Both the position numbers and the translations under genes were made by a program. From Schizochytrium sp. TIO01 (lineage: Eukaryota > Protista > Bigyra: Labyrinthulomycetes): a DNA stretch of 64,000 nt. Of the stretch, positions 57,019-64,000 are shown piece after piece; the first letter of the stretch is position 1; every line of letters starts with the position of its first letter. The notes under the pieces were generated by a model, which was not told where the DNA came from, did not search any database, and saw only the letters and a list, made by a program, of their open reading frames with translations. The DNA lies in contig SMSO01000032.1 in NCBI GenBank assembly GCA_004764695.1, forward strand, positions 8,712,483 to 8,776,482. Direction: 5' to 3'.

Positions 57019-59898
57019 ATGGGAGCTGCGGCTTCGAGCGCACGCCGATATGCGTTGACATCTCGCGCGGGTAGCTTGCCGACAAATGCGACCAAGGACG
57101 AGTCTTCCAGTGGGAAGTTAACAGGGAGTTCTGAAGGAGCAGTCCCCGCTGCACCAACATTTAACACAGCGACACGAGATCTCCAAGCTGTTATTCGTGA
57201 TCGTGTAGAGGCCATGGCTGAGCGAAATGCACAAGCTCGAAGAGCAGTACACCCCAAACTCAGCATTGATGAACTATTTAAACTCAAACCAAAAGAGCGT
57301 ATCCTCGAGGAACTACGAATTAAGCCTGCTGAGGTAGAAGTTACCACGACATTTGCATTCACAATACGTTGGGACTACCTGTATGTGGCTGGAGAAAAGC
57401 AAGCTCAAATGACTGTAGTTGAGGCCCTCTTACTTGCTCCTGAGAGTCAAAGTTGCACTATTTCTTGCTCTTTGGATGCAAGTCCAGAGAATATTCAAGA
57501 GATCTTACTCCCAGGTGCTTCATGGACCTTGTTGCCAGATTCAGTATTAGATAAAAATAAACGGACGGTTTATATCGGTGATGTATCATCCACAACTTGT
57601 CCTGGCATATGCTTTCGAGTTCGTGCCAGGCATGCAGTTGGGTGGGGTGATTGGAGTGCCCCAAGCCAAGCGTTTGCGCCTCTTGTTGCAGAACGCCCGC
57701 CCCCAACCATTGTATTTCATTCAGATGCCTCAATCTATGAAGCAAAAGTTGATTGGAGTGAACATGCATGCTTACCATCTTTTGGTCAGCTAATCTTTCA
57801 TAAGCTCTTTGTTTGTCGACATGGAGACATTCCCCCTGAGGTTTATGATGAAATGCCTCGCCTGCAAGAGATGGGATATATTATGACCTCCAACGAGAAG
57901 GAGGAAGAGGTCTATGCTGGCCGTGAGTGGACCACAGTTGTTGGATGCAAGATTAACCAAGTCGGCTTACGAGGCTTTCGATCACTCTTACCAGGGGTGG
58001 AGTATAGCTTTAGGCTTGAGACTCAGATGGGTCTGAGTCGCGGAGACAGGCGCTATAATAGTTTGTTTAAAAGCAGAGAGATAGTTGTCAAGGTACCATG
58101 TGGCAGCCCTATTGCGCCCTCACCTTGTGTGGCTTCACGTGTTTCCACTGCGGGAATCCAACTAGATTGGACGCCACCGATTTGCAATGGTGGTGCCAAA
58201 GTGCTACGTTTTCAAGTATTTTGTGAGGTTTTCGGAGACAACCAGAGCGAAGAACGCGAACAAGATGAAACCCAGCCTAATGATCATGAAACTCACTGTT
58301 GCTTCGAGGGGAATTTGACCTCCATTTATTATGGCGAGAGCGTGCTTAGACCAGGACAAAGGTACGGTTTTCGTGTGGTTGCCATCAATGAATTTGGCAA
58401 CAGCCCTCCGAGCCAAACCACGTGGGTTCGTGTGCCGACCGTGGAAGAGGAGCGTCAGAATGCCCTAGCTGAGCGAACACGACAGGAAATAGAAGCCGAG
58501 CGGTCGCGCGCACTACAAGTGAGCACAGGAACTGCATCTCAGAGTGTAGAGAGTCATGAAATTATGGCCAGTCCAGATGGAATGGTAGATTTACCTGAAG
58601 GATGGAATGAATACTGGGATCCAGCTTCTGAGGAATTGTTTTATTATAATGTCTATACTGGACAGAACCAATGGGAGAAACCTAGTTTTGACGATACAGC
58701 ATTAGTTCTCTCACAATCACAAAACTACTCTCCGGAAGAAAATCCAGAAGAAAGAGATTGGAGGCTTTTTCGCAAGAAAAGATTTCGTTTCCTTCATCAG
58801 CTGCACCGTCTGAGAAAACAAGATTTACTGGATGAAACGTCGACGTTTCGCCTATCTGTGCGTAGGAAACACCTTGTATCGGACTCTCTTGCGCGTTTGG
58901 AAAGATTCGGTATAGAGGCACTTTTAGGCAAACTGCAAATTGTGTTTGAAGGCGAGGCCGGTATTGACTCTGGAGGTTTATCCAAAGACTGGTTTCTAGC
59001 CTTTACACTTGCAATACTTCAGCCCGAATATGGCCTATTTCAAAGAACGCCTAGTGGCACTTATGCACTTGATTCTCGAGCCAAGCTTATTCCAGAAGCT
59101 ATGACTTACCTTCGAATTTTCGGAGCGGTTTGTGGTAAAGCATTATACGACCAGCAACTAGTTAATGCACCATTATGTACAGATCTCTTACGAAGTGTAA
59201 CCGGAGATATGCCAAATCTCGCAAATCTTCGCGAGCGCGACGAAATATTAGCAAAAAGCCTGCAATGGATACTGGAGAACGATATTGAGAATATTATTGA
59301 AGAGACGTTTACTGTGGGGATAGAACTCTTTGGAGCTTTTCAAGAAGTTGAACTGATTCCAGGCGGGGCAAATGTACCAGTAACGAATCAAAACAAAGAA
59401 GAGTATGTACAAGAGGTAATCAAATACCACTGTGGGGGTGCAGTTCAGGAGCTCGTGCAGGCGTGGCTAGAAGGAATTTGGACTTTGGTACCCAAACATT
59501 TTTTACATGGTTTCTCAGCAACTGAGTTACGGCTTCTGTTGAATGGGAAAACTGAAATTCGAGTAGAAGACCTTCGTTTCGGCTGCACACATTACAGCGG
59601 TGGATATACTTCAAGTTCAGACACTGTCGAGCTATTCTGGACTGTTATGGAGGGTCTTGAGCAAGCTGACCGCGCTCGCGTTCTTCGTTTCGCAACAGGA
59701 TGTGATCGTGTGCCTCTTGATGGATTTTCTCCGCTACTTCCATTCACAATAACAAAGTCTGAATTTGACAAAGATGCTCTTCCAACGTCGCATACATGTT
59801 TTCATCAATTAGTTTTGCCACCTTACGAGTCCGCTTATGAACTTCGAGAAAAATTACTTTACGCCTGTGATCATGCGATGGGTTTTGAGATGTCATAA
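57019..59898 (+). CDS. HECT E3 ubiquitin ligase with fibronectin-III repeats and a WW domain
   Basis: FRVRARHAVGWGDWS and YGFRVVAINEFGNSPPS (FN3); LPEGWNEYWD...YYN..TGQNQWEKP (WW); FEGEAGIDSGGL.KDWF, LRFATG..RVP..GF and LPTSHTCF (HECT catalytic Cys). Confidence 0.93.
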   Translation: MGAAASSARRYALTSRAGSLPTNATKDESSSGKLTGSSEGAVPAAPTFNTATRDLQAVIRDRVEAMAERNAQARRAVHPKLSIDELFKLKPKERILEELRIKPAEVEVTTTFAFTIRWDYLYVAGEKQAQMTVVEALLLAPESQSCTISCSLDASPENIQEILLPGASWTLLPDSVLDKNKRTVYIGDVSSTTCPGICFRVRARHAVGWGDWSAPSQAFAPLVAERPPPTIVFHSDASIYEAKVDWSEHACLPSFGQLIFHKLFVCRHGDIPPEVYDEMPRLQEMGYIMTSNEKEEEVYAGREWTTVVGCKINQVGLRGFRSLLPGVEYSFRLETQMGLSRGDRRYNSLFKSREIVVKVPCGSPIAPSPCVASRVSTAGIQLDWTPPICNGGAKVLRFQVFCEVFGDNQSEEREQDETQPNDHETHCCFEGNLTSIYYGESVLRPGQRYGFRVVAINEFGNSPPSQTTWVRVPTVEEERQNALAERTRQEIEAERSRALQVSTGTASQSVESHEIMASPDGMVDLPEGWNEYWDPASEELFYYNVYTGQNQWEKPSFDDTALVLSQSQNYSPEENPEERDWRLFRKKRFRFLHQLHRLRKQDLLDETSTFRLSVRRKHLVSDSLARLERFGIEALLGKLQIVFEGEAGIDSGGLSKDWFLAFTLAILQPEYGLFQRTPSGTYALDSRAKLIPEAMTYLRIFGAVCGKALYDQQLVNAPLCTDLLRSVTGDMPNLANLRERDEILAKSLQWILENDIENIIEETFTVGIELFGAFQEVELIPGGANVPVTNQNKEEYVQEVIKYHCGGAVQELVQAWLEGIWTLVPKHFLHGFSATELRLLLNGKTEIRVEDLRFGCTHYSGGYTSSSDTVELFWTVMEGLEQADRARVLRFATGCDRVPLDGFSPLLPFTITKSEFDKDALPTSHTCFHQLVLPPYESAYELREKLLYACDHAMGFEMS

Positions 59899-60206
59899 TC
59901 ATGTTTTCAATATGTTTTGACTGCATTCAAGTAACTCAAAGTATCAAGAAGTACCTTTCGCACATACTTTAGAAATATTCTACTATCGCTAGGCAAAACC
60001 CACAGGCCCTTCACCAAAACATGTGTGTATGCATATTCAATAGCCATATCTTGAAAAGGTGCCAGGAAGTGTGATCTAGCATTTGAATTTATCCTCATCT
60101 TGTCAAGAGTAGTATTGCTTTCCTGAAAGATGCCAGCAATTTTCGCATAGACAGCTTCCTATGCGCTCAGAAATGATAACTGAAAATAAGTGTTTGTGAT
60201 ATGGGT

Positions 60207-60854
60207 TCAAACTGCTCGATTTGCGAGATGAAGGTTGTTTGATTTATTTTGAGATTCCAAACCTGGATGTATTTCAAAGCATAGCTTCCGTAACTCCATT
60301 AGAATAAAATAAAGCTCATTGATATCGTCAGGGTGCATTGTAATAGCCTTGCGTCGTCCATTCTCGAGCATTTGTTCAACTCGTACTGCTGAATCAAGTT
60401 TTGTAACGAGAAATATTTTGTCTAGTGGAATAGTCTGCGTGGTAGATTCTCCATTATAGCGTTCTACAGCAAAAAGGAGGTGCGAGGATGACATCGCGAT
60501 GTACTCATTAATAACGATATTTCTATTGATTCTAACCTTATAGCAGTCGTCACTGGATGTTACACAGGGCACTCTACAAATCGCCATAAGAACAATAATC
60601 ATACATGCAGCAAACGCTCCCCATAGTAATCTTAAATCCAAGCCACAAAGGCACACGAATAGAAAACCGAGGCACCCAGTGAGGAGATACAGGAATGTAC
60701 CAAACGCTGTGGATTCATCATAGTAAACTTCACGAGCTCGGTTAACCGCGTTTGAACCATAGGAGCTTGGGTAGGTTGTAACAACAGTATGCTTGGGTAG
60801 CACGCTAGCAAACAGAGCCTTGATAGCGATGGGGTCGCTACCGGGGTGAGTCAT
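60207..60854 (-). CDS. Hypothetical membrane protein (two TM segments)
   Basis: 215-aa ATG-initiated ORF with two hydrophobic helices; no recognised family. Confidence 0.55.
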   Translation of the reverse strand: MTHPGSDPIAIKALFASVLPKHTVVTTYPSSYGSNAVNRAREVYYDESTAFGTFLYLLTGCLGFLFVCLCGLDLRLLWGAFAACMIIVLMAICRVPCVTSSDDCYKVRINRNIVINEYIAMSSSHLLFAVERYNGESTTQTIPLDKIFLVTKLDSAVRVEQMLENGRRKAITMHPDDINELYFILMELRKLCFEIHPGLESQNKSNNLHLANRAV

Positions 60855-61773
60855 GATATTCTGCCTATAGTCACCAGTTGCTATCCATGTTGTAGATTTG
60901 CTTCATAGTCTATTTGATGCTATCGCCCCTGCTGAGCTACCATATTGCATTTATAGAAGCTATTCTAGGTTAAAGGTCTGTCATGTGTGCATGCTCTAAC
61001 CGTGCATAAGAAGGTAGCAAAAGAAAAGTTGTACGTCTTAATTATGTCTATTTGCAATCCCTTCTATCTTTTATAGAATCTGAAATTTTCATTTCCCTGA
61101 CTTGAAATTGCAAGTAATGTTCCACATTGCAAGAGAAATACCACTTAAGACGAGGATTTTTCTCGTATCATGAGCCGCGATCTTTTTCTGTCGTCGATCA
61201 CCATTGACTGAAAGAGGAGAGTGTGCATTTGCATTGCACACTGTCGACTTTCATCTTATATAAATCGGTAAATTGGGCTTCCATCACAATGACTTTAATT
61301 TTCGCGATATCGTATTATGTATGTAGGTACTCTAGAGTTATTTGAATTAATTTGCTCGTGAGGGTGTGTTCGACTGTAACTTCATGATCTTGAGGTTTTT
61401 CGTATTATCGAAATTGTCTTGCAGCTTTTATATCCCTCATTTGACATTCATTCTTCACAAGTATTACCTATTGTAGGGGCGTTTTTGATTCCACAATTAC
61501 CCAACCACCTAAGTTTAACATCTTGCAAGTAGTTTAAGTCTCGCGAGGGCTGATCCTGTTATAGACCTATGGCTACCGTTGTCAATTTATTAATTAACTA
61601 GGAGGTCTTCCGGGACCATTTCCTGCTGGCACGTAGGGTACTACTACTAGTATCTATGGTGATACATTGTCTACTTGGCCACAAACCTTGAAGTACAAAG
61701 GCACAGCGACAAGTGGAATTCAGGCGCTGCCTGCAACAGAGGTGCCTTTCTGTAGCTGCATTGCGGATTAAAA

Positions 61774-63171
61774 ATGCGTACAAATTGGGAAACTCGGCTT
61801 GTGGGCGAGCGCGTGGTGCTTGTGCCGTACCGGCGAGCGCACGTGGAAAAGTATCATGAGTGGATGCAGAGTCCTGAGTTGCTTGAGGCCACGGCTTCGG
61901 AGCCTCTCTTGCTCGAAGAAGAGTTCGAGATGCAGGCGAGCTGGCGAGACGATGACGGAAAGTGTACATTTATTGTGCTCGATGCCAGTGACGTGGACCC
62001 GGCTTCGCTTGATTCTAGCAGCCTTGACAGGATGATTGGAGATACCAACTTCTTCCTGCAGGATCCCGATGAAGATGACGAAGATGCCGTGCCTTCTGCT
62101 GAAATCGAGATTATGATTGCAGAGCAATCTGCTCGTAGAAAAGGTCTTGCCAGTGAGGCTTTGCGACTCATGATGCGTTACGGTCACGACGTGCTCAAAC
62201 TGGAGCGTTTCGTTGCAAAAATCGGAGCTGCAAATGCTCCTTCGCTTGCACTCTTTGAGAGCTTGGGATATCAGCGAGTGGCATATGTCGAGGCTTTTGA
62301 GGAACACGAGCTTCGCTGGAATGCTTCGAATGAAGATGCCTTGACTAAGCTCCCTGCTTTGCAGACGGCAGAAGATAAGGATACCGAGAAGGACGTTTAT
62401 GAAAGTGCAGCGTCTGTTGACCAGTATGTGGCGCTTCACTTTGGTGGCGAACAATGTCTTAGATTGCATGATGGTGCTCCCAAAAGTGCTCTTAACTTCC
62501 CTCAGCGCTGTGCACAGATACTCCTGAAATTGGTGGAGGACTCTGCAAGCACCATGGGACCCATCAGCCGTGCAAATGCGCTCGATGTTGGATGTGCAGT
62601 TGGAGGTTCTACGTTTGAGCTCTCAAAGTCGTTCTCGCTTGCTCTTGGTATTGATAAGTCGTCAAGTTTTGTTGCACAGGCGAAATCTCTTCGCGATGCT
62701 CCGTCAGACCGTGCAGTAAACGCCAGTGTCCCTGTAGAGGGCAAGAGCAGGCGTACACTCGCAGTCCAGCTCGATGCTAATGTACGCCGTGCTCGTGTAG
62801 AATTTGCAACAGGTGATGCCTGTGATCTCGGTTCTGTCTCCGCTGTAAAATCTTCAGGCCCGTTCAGTGCAGTTCTGCTAGGCAACCTGCTGTGCCGCCT
62901 TCCGGACCCCGAAGCGTGCTTGCGCCAGCTGCCAGCACTGACTAAACCACAGAGTGTGGTTCTCATCGTGTCTCCATACACGTGGATGGAGGAATTTACA
63001 CCTCGCAGTAAATGGCTGGAACCTGGTGAGGAGCGTGTGACAGCTATCATGAATGATCTGGGTTTTGATCGTGTTCTTGTTGAAGACGTTCCGCTGATCA
63101 TTCGTGAGCATGAGCGCAAGTACCAGTACATTGTCTCACAGGCTCTTGGTTTCCGTCGTCGCTCCGAGTAG
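61774..63171 (+). CDS. NAT9: Fusion of NAT9-type GNAT acetyltransferase and OvoA-C-terminal-like SAM methyltransferase
   Basis: N-half VVLVPY...HVEKYHEWM...TASEPL.LEEE..MQ.SW..D..KCTFIVLD, MIGD.N.F, EIEIMIAE...RRKG. C-half YE....VDQY..LHFG, NFP.RCA, ALDVGCAVG.STFEL, GDAC.L, NLLCRLPDP, SPYTWMEEFTP, IREH.RKYQ. Confidence 0.9.
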   Translation: MRTNWETRLVGERVVLVPYRRAHVEKYHEWMQSPELLEATASEPLLLEEEFEMQASWRDDDGKCTFIVLDASDVDPASLDSSSLDRMIGDTNFFLQDPDEDDEDAVPSAEIEIMIAEQSARRKGLASEALRLMMRYGHDVLKLERFVAKIGAANAPSLALFESLGYQRVAYVEAFEEHELRWNASNEDALTKLPALQTAEDKDTEKDVYESAASVDQYVALHFGGEQCLRLHDGAPKSALNFPQRCAQILLKLVEDSASTMGPISRANALDVGCAVGGSTFELSKSFSLALGIDKSSSFVAQAKSLRDAPSDRAVNASVPVEGKSRRTLAVQLDANVRRARVEFATGDACDLGSVSAVKSSGPFSAVLLGNLLCRLPDPEACLRQLPALTKPQSVVLIVSPYTWMEEFTPRSKWLEPGEERVTAIMNDLGFDRVLVEDVPLIIREHERKYQYIVSQALGFRRRSE

Positions 63172-64000
63172 AGGTTAAAGTTGATCTTTTCAAGAATAAG
63201 TTAATACCTCTGGCGTACCCGCGCCCTGACTTGACCACACACTGATAACATAGTCATCACCGCTTTGTTTTTATATGTTCCCTCCTTCGCTTCCTTCCAA
63301 TGTCTTGGATCTTTTGATGTTTTTGAGAGCGGTAATATATCGCGCTTAATCAGTAATTGAAACTCCCTTAGCCTATTTCTTTGCAACCCGTATGTGTCTC
63401 CAGGAGCTAGTTATATGCAGATGAAGCCTTAGGAAGAGACAATTAAGCAGGTCCTTCTTGCAATTTGGTAGCAGGGGCACTACTGCTAGGTCCCTCCCTA
63501 TGTGGGTGGCATTCGCCAGCAGATGAGTCTTAGCGAGGTTTCCTCTCTCTATTCACGTCCATTGGCCCCTTGTTGACTTTGAGCTACAATGAAGAACTTT
63601 TTGATCTCTCGTCGCAGTTTAATCTCTGTGATGCCCAGTACGCATCGATTCCAACTTCTATCGCATTATATTTGGAGTACTTTGCTCGATTCAGTCTCTG
63701 GCGCCCTATACTAGAGTAGTTGCTATTGAGCACATAGTCCTTTTTACTCATATGGCGTCCTTTCTTTCCGTGAGCATTCTTAGTTCCACTTTCTTTTCTT
63801 CATCCGCTCCATCCCGCGCCCCTTTCGCTGCGAATTCGCTGTGAAAGAGCCCTTTGCTCTGTCTTGGCTCTCTTCTCACGTGGGCCGGGGAACGCACGGA
63901 AGAGTTTTTGCGAATGTCCAAGTTGAACTGTATGTAGCTGGTGATGACTTCTTCTCCGCTTCTTCGAAGACGAGATCTTTTTTCCATCGTTAATTTAGTT

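Noticed and set aside
61768-63131. Antisense ORFs of 233 and 209 aa over the NAT9 fusion
   Set aside because: Shadow ORFs opposite a well-supported gene
63748-63987. 79-aa minus-strand ORF at the window end
   Set aside because: Short, no motifs, context truncated by the window edge

Overview
Eukaryotic (protist) nuclear DNA with mostly intronless genes. Gene style and microsatellite content suggest a stramenopile such as a thraustochytrid, but that is inference. The window has two compartments. (1) About 1-21.7 kb is a near gene-free tract dense in tetranucleotide microsatellites. It holds one isolated 733-aa ORF with a PD-(D/E)XK restriction-endonuclease-like domain fused to a degenerate kinase domain (Crinkler CR-REase/Spok-like architecture), flanked by a 12-bp direct repeat. 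(2) About 21.8-63.2 kb is gene-rich: HAAO, a bacterial-type FRG-domain protein, an RNI-like LRR protein, an M14 carboxypeptidase, a 3-exon RNase H2 subunit B, a doubly frameshifted surface-protein gene, a ZnF-ankyrin protein, fructosamine kinase, eIF2-beta, RagC/D, a TMEM104-like amino-acid transporter, a Cys-less pentameric ligand-gated channel, an FN3-WW-HECT E3 ligase, and an in-frame fusion of NAT9 acetyltransferase with an OvoA-C-terminal-type (ovothiol) methyltransferase. No rRNA, canonical tRNA, CRISPR array or intact transposase/RT was recognised. All assignments come from motif recognition by eye, not database searches.
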